Assembly: GCA_016206085.1 (NCBI GenBank)
Contig: JACQSF010000009.1
Location: 9,412 to 73,411 of the forward strand
Reading direction: 5' to 3'
Length of the DNA stretch: 64,000 nt
From: Candidatus Uhrbacteria bacterium
Lineage (GTDB): Bacteria; Patescibacteriota; Patescibacteriia; UBA9934; GWF2-40-263
The notes below the pieces were generated by a model. The model was not told where the DNA came from. It saw only the letters and a list, made by a program, of their open reading frames with translations, and did not search any database. A program made the translations under genes and the position numbers. Positions 48,520 through 58,400 of this stretch are shown piece after piece. Every line of letters begins with the position of its first letter. Positions within the stretch are counted from its first letter, which is position 1.

Positions 48520-48863
48520 TTAAAAAAGAGCTGAGTCCTTTCACAAAGAGTAAGCATCAAATAATCCAACAGTTTTTCTCTCTCTGGGCAATGCTGAACG
48601 CCAGGCAGGCAACATCTCAAAGGCTCTCTTTTGGTACCAACAATACATCGATGAAAATGGTGAGGACTGGAATGTCTTGTCAAATATCGCCCTTGCAAAA
48701 TCGGATCAAACCGATATTGAGGGAGCAAGGTTAGCTGCAAAAAGCTTTGAAACTGTTCCCAACGACGGAACATCCGGAGATGAAAACGCTTCGAGAGTCG
48801 CTTGAGTCCATTGCTGGGAAACCTATCCACATCTCACCCACAGGTTTAGTCAAAAATGGCTGA
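48520..48863 (+). pseudogene. Degenerate TPR-protein gene
   Basis: NPTVFLSLGNAERQAGNISKALFWYQQ...VLSNIALA...ARLAAK, then a frameshift in an A-run, then ALKLFP...; in-frame TAA at 48551; resembles 50150-50800. Confidence 0.6.
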
Positions 48864-48900
48864 TTTTGGCCTGTTTTTGAGGTCTGGGGGTTGACAAAAC
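48823..48900 (+). promoter_or_regulatory. 78-bp duplicated upstream element containing TTGACA, copy 1
   Basis: 66/78 identical (ungapped) to 51658-51735. Confidence 0.75.
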
Positions 48901-48951
48901 TTATTTTTTCTGAAACTATCGGTTGTCGCAACCTACAGCCAAGGAGGCACC

Positions 48952-49671
48952 ATGCGGCTCAATCAGACCCGATCCTTCACGCCAATGAATATGGTCATCA
49001 TGGCCGTAGTCGCCATTCTTCTGGGGATGGGAACCAAGACCTCTTCAGTTTCCGAAAGACCACTGGCTCCTGTCGTGAGCGAGCCACGTCCGAGGAACGC
49101 GCCGTCCGCACAGACGTCCCAACCCTCGCGTGGAGAGATCAAGGAATTCTTCCTCACCCATCCGCAGAAAGGGGTGCGTGATGACTTCCATCACTTGCTC
49201 ATCAGTGGGCAAATGTCATTCGTCTGGAATGCGGTCGGCACTCCGGTAGCCACATTCGGCTTGATCCAAGATGGGGATAGCGAGCCTGTTCTGGCACTGC
49301 TGGCGGATCCAGAGATCTTTCTGGAACGCAACCGCTCTCTCGCGCAGATCACCATCTACCACGAATACCTGCATTACCTGCAGTGGCGGGATGGAACCAT
49401 TCCCGAGTCCGCGTTCTACATTCGTGATTCCATGCCTCACGACGAGGTACACGACTGGTGCAAACAAAAATGGCACGCCGAGCGTCTGGCGTACCATGAA
49501 GCGTGCGCGTTCGGCCGAGAAGCCGGCCTGATAGGCGATCTGCGACCCGGAGGGCCGTTGTCAGTCGTCTGTACGGCTGATGAACCCCAGTTCATTCCGA
49601 TCCTGAAGCGTGTCCTCACGCTCGCGGATCCATCGGGCCCCATGTGTTCCCAGACGTGGAACACGATCTGA
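48952..49671 (+). CDS. Exported hypothetical protein with HExxH motif
   Basis: AGGAGG RBS; N-terminal hydrophobic segment; IYHEYLHY with a downstream E (HAERLAY). Confidence 0.7.
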   Translation: MRLNQTRSFTPMNMVIMAVVAILLGMGTKTSSVSERPLAPVVSEPRPRNAPSAQTSQPSRGEIKEFFLTHPQKGVRDDFHHLLISGQMSFVWNAVGTPVATFGLIQDGDSEPVLALLADPEIFLERNRSLAQITIYHEYLHYLQWRDGTIPESAFYIRDSMPHDEVHDWCKQKWHAERLAYHEACAFGREAGLIGDLRPGGPLSVVCTADEPQFIPILKRVLTLADPSGPMCSQTWNTI

Positions 49672-49689
49672 CCAGACTGACCGACATTG

Positions 49690-49938
49690 TCAGTCTTTTT
49701 TGTTCCAGGATTCTACCGTGAGGGTTTCAGGCGGATGAAAGGCTAGATGCCTAGCCAGAATCCGTTCCCAAACTCCAGGCGGACAATCGAATTCGATGGA
49801 ACGGTAGGGCGAGCTGTCTTCGGCCTCACGGATGACACATCCATCCTCATTTGGGTGATCCCTTTCGATTGACTGATCGTTACAACCGTTCAGCAACGGA
49901 AGGACGATGAACGAAAGAACGTACAGGAACTGACGCAT
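49690..49938 (-). CDS. Small lipoprotein
   Basis: MRQFLYVLSFIVLPLLNGC lipobox; GAGG RBS. Confidence 0.55.
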   Translation of the reverse strand: MRQFLYVLSFIVLPLLNGCNDQSIERDHPNEDGCVIREAEDSSPYRSIEFDCPPGVWERILARHLAFHPPETLTVESWNKKD

Positions 49939-50100
49939 GGGAACCTCGTTGGTAAGTTGTCCAAAAAAATAACCCCCAATCGTTATGATCTGGGGGATTA
50001 TTTTTCTACCTTCACTACATCAGAAATCTGAGCTCCCGTCAATGGTCATGTGTGGACAACTCACCTGAGATGCTCGAGTCGTCATCAGGCAAAAAGTGCA

Positions 50101-50141
50101 TTTTCTTCAAGCGGGTCGGAAGCGAAGCTTCCGACAAATGA
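50101..50141. repeat. 41-bp hairpin repeat (GCGAAGC loop), copy 2
   Basis: TTTTCTTCAAGCGGGTCGGAAGCGAAGCTTCCGACAAATGA. Confidence 0.85.
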
Positions 50142-50149
50142 GGAACTCT

Positions 50150-50800
50150 TTATCTCCTTGGATTTAATCCTGATGCGGGAAGATCTTGAACGATCTCCAT
50201 CATGGCCTTTTGAAATCGCCGTCCACCCTCACTACTCCGTTCCTTCCGTGGCTTAGACCTGAAAAGACGAAGAGCAACCTTCGCGTAATGACGGGCCTGT
50301 TTCTTGATTCCTCGAGCCACGTTTAGCTGGGCGAGATTGTAAACACACCCAAAGTCGGATGGGTCTCGTCGTCGCAATCGCTTAATAAGACATTCTGCTT
50401 CCTTAAATTTGCCCAACTGAAAATAGGCGTAGGCCAAAGAAAACTCAACTTTTGATCCCTTAGGATCAACCTGAAATGCTTTTCGATACCACTTGAGTGC
50501 ACGTGGATCCTTACGATTTATGAGAATACGACCTAACCCAATCATCGCCATCGTGCATTTTGGATTGAGTCGCAATGCCTGACGATACGCATGGCGTGCG
50601 GCGGCTTCCATTTCTTTTCGTATTTTCGGCCAGAGTGGATTCGCTAAATGATCATACATAAACCCAAGATAACACCACTTGAGCTCCTTTTCTTCTTTTG
50701 TCGCAGCTTTTATGTTCTTCAAGTTTCGTATCCCGCTTCTTGGATCCAAAGACCACGCTGCTTTGAGATATGCCTTAGACAATTGATCTGTTATAGACAT
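50150..50800 (-). CDS. Basic tetratricopeptide-repeat protein
   Basis: AYRQALRLNP...GLG, WYRKAFQVDP...SLAYAYFQLG TPR motifs; start placed at MSITDQ. Confidence 0.8.
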   Translation of the reverse strand: MSITDQLSKAYLKAAWSLDPRSGIRNLKNIKAATKEEKELKWCYLGFMYDHLANPLWPKIRKEMEAAARHAYRQALRLNPKCTMAMIGLGRILINRKDPRALKWYRKAFQVDPKGSKVEFSLAYAYFQLGKFKEAECLIKRLRRRDPSDFGCVYNLAQLNVARGIKKQARHYAKVALRLFRSKPRKERSSEGGRRFQKAMMEIVQDLPASGLNPRR

Positions 50801-50979
50801 AGTTCCTAAAAAAATGCGCACCATGCAATGGTACGCTACAGGGTGAGAGAAGGCTACTTCATATGTTGTATCCCCAACGACCCGTTGACGGTGAAAGAAA
50901 AACCTGTTGTGATGGTTATGTAAGAACCCCTTCATTGCCTGCTTGTCGGGCTGGGGGTTGTTTTTGTTCGACTTAATCA

Positions 50980-51015
50980 GGAACATAAAGTTCACGATCG
51001 AAAACTTTATGTTCC
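50980..51015. repeat. 36-bp palindromic repeat, left copy
   Basis: GGAACATAAAGTTCACGATCGAAAACTTTATGTTCC; ends 6 nt before the ATG. Confidence 0.88.
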
Positions 51016-51021
51016 ACACCT

Positions 51022-51546
51022 ATGGCACAAAACCAAAAATCCAATAAGGTAACCCAAGAAATCATCGATACACTGGTCGAAGCTAGCGACCTTACTATCG
51101 AGTGGATGAACAACCCGTACAAACAATACAGACGGATTCGAGGAATCATGGAGCCGGAAGAGTGGGATCAAATCTTTCGAGAGAAAAAGAAACGTCGGGC
51201 TCTGAAAGAACTCAAACGCAAGAAATGGCTTACTGAGCGACGGGAAGGGAACCAAATCGTTTTTGAATTAGCAGAATCAGTCGCCATCCAACGTCTTAAA
51301 ACAATGATCCGATCAACGATTGCCGTCCTACCGGAACCATCGATTATTTTAGTAGCGTTTGATTTTCCTGAAGCGGCGAGAAAGGCCCGCGACTCGTTTC
51401 GATTTTTTCTGAAATCGGTCGGTTTCGGACAGAAACAGCTCAGCGTCTGGTTCTCCAACAAATCTATTCTTGATGAAATGCAGGCTCTGGTTCGTATACT
51501 CAAGATTGAAAAGTGGGTTAACATTTACCTCACGAGCGGAACATAA
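51022..51546 (+). CDS. PaaX-like protein (wHTH plus Cas2-like ferredoxin domain)
   Basis: RRALKELKRKKWL...FEL wHTH; LVAFDFPE..RKARDSFRFFLKSVGF...QLSVW matches the PaaX-central/Cas2-like signature. Confidence 0.82.
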   Translation: MAQNQKSNKVTQEIIDTLVEASDLTIEWMNNPYKQYRRIRGIMEPEEWDQIFREKKKRRALKELKRKKWLTERREGNQIVFELAESVAIQRLKTMIRSTIAVLPEPSIILVAFDFPEAARKARDSFRFFLKSVGFGQKQLSVWFSNKSILDEMQALVRILKIEKWVNIYLTSGT

Positions 51547-51573
51547 ACTTCACGATCGTGAAAAGATTGTTCC
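51538..51573. repeat. 36-bp palindromic repeat, right copy (contains the gene's stop codon)
   Basis: GGAACATAAACTTCACGATCGTGAAAAGATTGTTCC; 28/36 identical to the left copy. Confidence 0.85.
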
Positions 51574-51657
51574 TTGGAAACTCTTGCTTTGGCGATGTTC
51601 AAGCGCGAAGATTCAAAAGTGAGCGTTCGATCTAAAGAACAGCGTTTCGGCCGAAAA

Positions 51658-51735
51658 CTATCCACATCTCACCCACAGATTTTGCCAAAAATGGCTAATT
51701 TTGTCTCATTTTTGAGGCAAAGGGGTTGACAAAAC
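51658..51735 (+). promoter_or_regulatory. 78-bp duplicated upstream element containing TTGACA, copy 2
   Basis: CTATCCACATCTCACCCACAG...GGGGTTGACAAAAC. Confidence 0.75.
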
Positions 51736-51775
51736 CCCAAAAATAGGATCAAATGTCAATAGATAGAGGTGAATT

Positions 51776-52402
51776 ATGTCCAGGTCCCTCCTGGTTTCTC
51801 TCCTGCCCCTCGCCTTCGTGGTGGGGTGCGGGAACAGCACCGGCGGCACCTGCGCCGGCGCCGAGTGCGACGCCACCGACGTCGACTCCGACTTCTCCGC
51901 GATGTTCCACAACGTCGCCCCCTACGGTTGGGTAGGTGACCACCTGGTGTGGCCGTACGACGAGAACTCGATGGGAATCGAGCCTCTGTGTTCCTCGGTC
52001 AACGAGTGCAACGCCGAACTCTCGGAGTTCGGGACCAGGATGGTCGACATCGACGGTGACACCTTCATGTGTGTCCCTCAGCTCCTCATCGTGGGCGAGG
52101 TCGACGACGGCACGACCGTCGACGCGACTTCTCCATGGCTAGGTGAGGGCATGTGTGGCCTCGCACCTGAGGGCGAAGACGATGGCTGGGAGGTACGTAC
52201 CGACATCCACGACCTCAACAGCGACGGGGATGACGAGGTGATCATTCACATCGCTTCCTGGACGGCGATCGTCACGGGCTCCGAATTCTTCTACGAGGAG
52301 GACGAGTACCTCCTCGAAGGCTGGATCTCGGAAGACCTCAGCCAGGTCTACTTCCACCGCGTCGTCGAGACAGGCGAGACAGAGCGGACACTCGACCTGT
52401 AG
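51776..52402 (+). CDS. Acidic Cys-containing lipoprotein
   Basis: GAGGTG RBS; MSRSLLVSLLPLAFVVGC lipobox; GC-rich codon usage. Confidence 0.72.
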   Translation: MSRSLLVSLLPLAFVVGCGNSTGGTCAGAECDATDVDSDFSAMFHNVAPYGWVGDHLVWPYDENSMGIEPLCSSVNECNAELSEFGTRMVDIDGDTFMCVPQLLIVGEVDDGTTVDATSPWLGEGMCGLAPEGEDDGWEVRTDIHDLNSDGDDEVIIHIASWTAIVTGSEFFYEEDEYLLEGWISEDLSQVYFHRVVETGETERTLDL

Positions 52403-52458
52403 GAACCACCGTCTCTGACGGTACGCGCGACTCACTCACACGGAGTCGCTATTTATTT

Positions 52459-52487
52459 AAAAGACGAGCTTCAGAAGCTCGTCTTTT
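52459..52487. terminator. Bidirectional intrinsic terminator
   Basis: AAAAGACGAGCTTC-A-GAAGCTCGTCTTTT between convergent genes. Confidence 0.75.
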
Positions 52488-52494
52488 TGTGAGC

Positions 52495-55400
52495 TTACTC
52501 AGTTAGAATTTTCACGACCCCATCGTAATTGATCCAAGGATTTACTATCCTACCACTAGAATCTTCACATATACTGTCAGAATTATTTTCAGATGGACAT
52601 TCCTCAATGTTACACTCATCCTGCGTACTACTTCCTATCACTCCCGTATAACACCCCTCGGTCCCATCATCACCTGCCGTACAGTATCCCGTGCACCAAC
52701 CCCAGTTGTCCATCACGTGTACACGGGGCTGGAAGACACAGAAGTCCCCACTCACGCAAGGCGAGTAGATTAGCCTTCCGTCTTCTTCATCAAAGATACA
52801 CTCACGACCTTCCAGCTGCGCCAACCGTCCTGTGGTACAAGTGTAATCATGCGTAAAGGCGATATAAGAACTGCTACAGGCGTTAGATGATTGGCCAAAT
52901 TCATCCGGATCATTGCTGCACTCCTGTGAATCTGAAACGGAATTGAGTCCTCTATAGTTTTTATAGAAATTATTTCGAGCAATTGATCCGCTATAAGAAC
53001 CAAACGGCCATGGATTGGAATTGCCACCAATCCCAGCCATATTATCCCCCCAATCAACAATCACACGCCGGATCGGCATTTGATCCGAGTCCGCATAGGC
53101 ATAAAACGCTACCGTTACATGCTTGGATCCCTCGCCTTCAATATCGGCACTATCAACTTCATTCACAGAGAACTTGTTTTTCACTCCCTCGTAGCAAAGC
53201 GTTCCCTCACACTCGCCAATGGAAACGATCGTTGGAGCCTTATCTTCTGGATTATCTTGAGCGCTTGCTCGTGTGTCCCAAATCCAATCAGAGAAACTTG
53301 TTTCAAAATTATCTGTGTCAAAATCAAATCGTTCGAAGTCTCCCAGCGGTTCACGATCCGTAAAGATTGTTTCGTTTGTCGGGATGACTCCGGTGTCCAC
53401 CTCCCCGTATCCGTCATCGGTAAACTCAACAATACCGTAAATGCGTCCGAAGATCTGAGAAAGAAGCCCTATGGCATCCCCTTTTGAACCAACGGATAAC
53501 GCATACACTGGGGCATCATCATTTGCAATACAGGTCGCGCCCGATAACTGACGACTCCCATCTGTCGAATACGAACCATGGCAATAGTTGACCCAGCAGG
53601 TCTGATCTCCTTCACATGCCAGTCCATCATAGGAACCCCCCACACAGGTCCCAGCGGCACAGGCTCCATCAACGCCTTCATCCTCACAGGTATCATCCAC
53701 CCCATCTTCATTCGCGTCGATAAACGAACAGCTAATACTGTTGTCATTCTCACAATACCCGCCGCCACAATACACAGCCGCACCCGAACTGCTGTTCCAA
53801 TTGCACCATTGCTCATTTTCTTCACCGCTATCATTGCAATCACAATCAACATTCAAACAATAGCTTGAAATCACATCCGTCTGTACTGTCAATGAAACAT
53901 CCCTATTGGCTCGTGCATCTTCCCCACTACTGCTCGTCACCACGTCTCCCGAATCGCAAACTAAATCGACAGGTGGTAGCTCCTGTCCATAACCCTCAAC
54001 AAGACACATGGCCAATACCCAGGGTTCTGGGTCTCTCTCTAATTTAAGCGAAAGATAATCCGTCGCAATCCCATAGGGGGACTGTAACGAGCCGAATTGG
54101 TAGCCTAAGAAACTTGGATTGGAACTTGAAAGAGGTTGCGTGTTACTTTCATGATCCCAGAGCTTGTTTGTCCATGCCGCATTATACGTATCAAACGGGA
54201 GAACCTGCTCATCTTGAGTGGATTTTGCAGACACTTGAACCACGCTTGTGCAAACAGCACCAGGAACAAAATTATTATTCAAATTCCGAAATCCTTTTCC
54301 CGAGAGAGCTCCTCCCGCATCATAGGTTGAAAGCAGAAAGTCAACACCCCCTCCTGTATATTCACTATAACTAAACGCTTCGGCTCCTTCACTGAGAACC
54401 CCCCGCGCTTCACAATCGTCATAATAATCAACCGCCGTATCAAAATCTGTCGGAGGCAAAACGTACACACGGATATTTGGTGCGGCTAATCCCGCCCAAT
54501 GATCGCCCACCGAATTCACATTTAGGTAGTAGGCTCCCGTGGGTGCATCCGCGTCATTGTTCGCAGTAAACGGGGACGACTCGACGGTGATCCCTAATGC
54601 GGCATCCGGGGTCAAACACGTATCTCCGGACACTCCTCTATCATCATCTTGAGTTTTATAGGAAAGTTTTGGAACACAGAAATAGGGACAGTCTTTATCA
54701 CCGGAAGCCGTACATTCATTGTTTGTGTCATTTGACCCACAACCCGTCATCACAGCGAAGAATCCATCAGGACACCAAACAGCGGCAACACAATCATCTT
54801 GAGAATCTCTTGAATTATCCGCTTCATTGCTGAAATGTTGCCAATCGGAACCGTCATTACAGTTGTTATCTTGTACTTCCGCACAGGCGATCTCACTTGT
54901 TCCAACGGTGTATCCTAACTCCACCTCCGCACAGTAATACGTGTCCTGTGGTTGGTATCCAGCGGACGTATACTTTGCGTAGAGGTCTGTGGCGCCCGTA
55001 AGCTGGTCAACAGGAAGCCACGTTAAACAGGCTTGATCCTCTGGCGCGGATGAACCAAGCGTTTGGATCGATGAATCTTTTTCAATACAGTAGCCATTCC
55101 ATCCGTACACGGAATCAACACGGCTCACATAGGAACAGATGCCGGATTGCGTCGTTTTTCCGTCGGTACTCGTAAAAGAACAGTCGTCATCATCTTGGCA
55201 GGGAATTCCATTCACAGGACCGCCTGAACAAATTCCCTCGGGAACATCGGCAACTCCTGTCCCTAGTTCAAAGTATCGATAGCCTGTCCCGTCTCCATAT
55301 TCCGCCTTATCATAAGAACAAATACAATCAACAGGATTGCCAGAAGCATCTATCGCACAAGTGGTTGAATCCTGGAACCCATTAACGTAGCTATAGGGAA

Positions 55401-58400
55401 GAGCCGCCTGGCTGGTTGGAGGATTGACCTTTGAGTTGGAGTCAGAAGAAACAGGACTTTCTCCATCTGCCTCAATGTTCTCCGCTGTGTATTGAATCCA
55501 GTACTGCACCACATCCGTCGGGAACGGCGAATCAATCTCTGGATAGGCCCGACAGGACTGTTCACGAGCATCATCCACCTCAAGACGATCCGCAAAACCG
55601 TCACCATTTACGTCCAGAATATCTGTCAAACAGCGATCGTTGAAACAAGAACCCGTTGTTGATGTTGAGGCTGGAACACAGGTGCGATTGGAGGAGTCTG
55701 TCACGCAGGCGTCACGATATAACACATTTGTCGTCAGCTCATCCACACAGACAAACCCAATAGGATCACAAATCAATGTCGAAATGCCGCTGGACGATGT
55801 CACGCCGGAGCAATCCGCATTTGTTCCGTTCCCTTCGTTTTCGTCAGGATTACAGGAACAATCTTCATCACAACCCACCGTCCCCGTTGCTTGCAAGTAT
55901 CCAACCACACAGGACTCTCCATCTGAACAGTCGTCATCACTTGCACAGGAGACCGCGGAATCCTCACAATGCCCGATCACACAAGATCCCCCGTTTCCGT
56001 CCCCAGACTCCGTCGAGTCACAGGGTCCCGCGTTATAGACCAGTCGGTAGTCTGTTTCATTTGAATTTTCGCAGGCGAAATAGCACTGCCCGCTTGCCCG
56101 GTCGCACACGCCAGAAGCGTGACCACTGTTGCTCGTACAATCTGAATCAGTCGAGCAGCGTGCGGAGCTATCCAATGGACAATCCGCATACGACCCGCAC
56201 GCGCGTGGAAGCGTCGTATCCCCTTGAGTAATATAAGCTGATCCGGTGAGTGCCACTCCTGATGAATTGACACACACTGACTGGGCGGCAATGTTGTACT
56301 GGTCGTACAACTCAACTGGGAGCTGGTTTGGAATCGCATTTCCCGAATACTCATACCCCGTCCAACTTACATCGCGGACGGAATAGTGATACGCAGAAAG
56401 AATCGATGGGTCACTCTGATCCCATTGAGAACAAATTGCACGGTCTCCCTGCTGTTGTCCTTCCACACACAAGTTAATCGAATCACAAATCGTGTCATAC
56501 GTGTTGGTTTGTGTGTTCCAACTGGTGCGCGAACTCTCGCAAGAAAGCCATGCCGCACAGCTACGATCACGATTCACTTTTATCACCTCATTGGTGTCGT
56601 CCTCCAGAGCATAGGCATCAACAACATCGGTACAGGTTCCGCTCACATCTTCTCCCTTATAGGTAGTGAGAAGGCCACAGTCGGAATCAACAAAGCAGGA
56701 GCCATTGTAATAGACTGTATCTACCGCCCCCTGCTCTGAACCTGTTGTTGTGAGCTGATCCCCACTCTCAACCGTGTAGGCACAACGCCTGGCACAAAGA
56801 TCAACTTCTGTTCCTGTCCCGGCAATCGCCGCGTCGGCATCGGAAATCGTGAATACCCCACCGTCTTGTGTCGTACAACTAATCGGATCCACGAGATCGT
56901 TCATTTCTGTTCCGTAGAACACATCCGCATGGGTCGAAAGTACGTAGCTGGCGGAGGCATGGTAGGTTAATTCTGAAACAGTCGTATTATTAAAAAGGGC
57001 ACATCCAAACTTCTGACTCACTTGGCCGTTACAACGTTGCGAGTCCGTGAGCGTGTCTTCACTCAACAGATCGTCGTTGGTGAAATAATAGGACTGGCCG
57101 TCTTCATTGAGGCCTCCACCCGTGTCAACGACATCAATAAACTCGGTACACAAATCATACTTACTGCTACAACTTGCAACCCATCCATCATAGAAATCCC
57201 AATAGTCTGTGTCGCCATCGTCCTGGTCTCCATTATTCCAAACCCCAAATTCCTCGCCCGCAATCAAGTACGCTTCATCCTCATCCTGATCATAGACCCC
57301 ATCCCCATCTTTATCTTCCCAGTAACACGGTTCGTTTGTTCCGGTTCGGAACCACCCGAAGTAGGAACGGTTGTTGATCGTCACGCTGGTCTTGTATTCA
57401 CATTCTTTATCAAGCGGATCTTTAAAATAGAAATTCCCGTCTTGTGTTGACGCCCACTCCTCGCAGAACAAGGCTTCTTGATCGCACAAAATACTGTCGT
57501 AATCCGCAGGTAAGTTGATGTAATACACCGACTCAAAACTCTCCACTTCACGTTGGTCTTGCGTGTAGGTTGGTTTACCAAGCTCCTGACACCCCATCGC
57601 GCTGGAAGCACATTGATCGCTCTCATCCGCAACAATGTACACAGGCGTATCACCCGGAACAATCACGGTCTCCGAACCATACACGACGGCATAATACTCG
57701 CTGGAACTTACCTCCTCCACAGGGAGATCTCCTGGGAACGCCTGATCGGCATCAAAAAGACAGTAACTCTCTCCCACGATAATCGTGCAGTATTCAATCT
57801 CGTTGATCTTACACGCGGTGTTTCTAGTGACCACATCATCGTCTGTAAAATCCGTGTCTGAGGAATACATGCACCTGGCGTTGTACACCTGCGTGTAAGG
57901 CGAATCTGAATTGGCCGTGTGATAAAACCCCTCGCATCCCACAACCTCTTCTGAACACAGATCTGAAAACTGATACAGATCAACCGCACTCCCGTTATGA
58001 TCCGTGTAGGCTTCACAACCCAGGTAGTATTGGTCTGAATCAACACCTTCTGGCGTTTGATCACAGGTCGACGGAACCACCCAGGAATTTTTTATGATCG
58101 TAATATTCTCTTCGACCTGCTTGAGGGTGACGTTATCAAGATAAAACTCCATTTCCGCATCCGTGGCAAAACGGACTACCGCATTCTCATCAAAATCTGC
58201 ATAGGCGGACGTATCCACGGGTCCAAGGGAATAGAGAACCCACGATCCATCCAGGGCAACAGGAGTGAGATCGGAAACACCGCTGTTTGGATCGACGAAG
58301 TCATGTACGTCTCCCGCTCCTCCTTGCTCCCCAAACGTCACGTAGAGATTCCCATTTCCCTTGGCCCAAAAATCCAACACAAACGTCTTTCCCGCCACAA

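Noticed and set aside
48823-48831. Replication origin suggested by the DnaA-box-like CTATCCACA
   Set aside because: One imperfect box per element, no cluster of boxes, and no dnaA/dnaN context
50801-51019. 73-aa N-terminal extension of the TPR ORF
   Set aside because: It spans the divergent promoter region and the 36-bp palindrome; the composition is not TPR-like
50980-51573. CRISPR array (36-bp repeats next to a Cas2-like gene)
   Set aside because: Only two repeats, separated by 522 bp that is almost entirely a gene; no spacers and no cas1 or effector genes in the window
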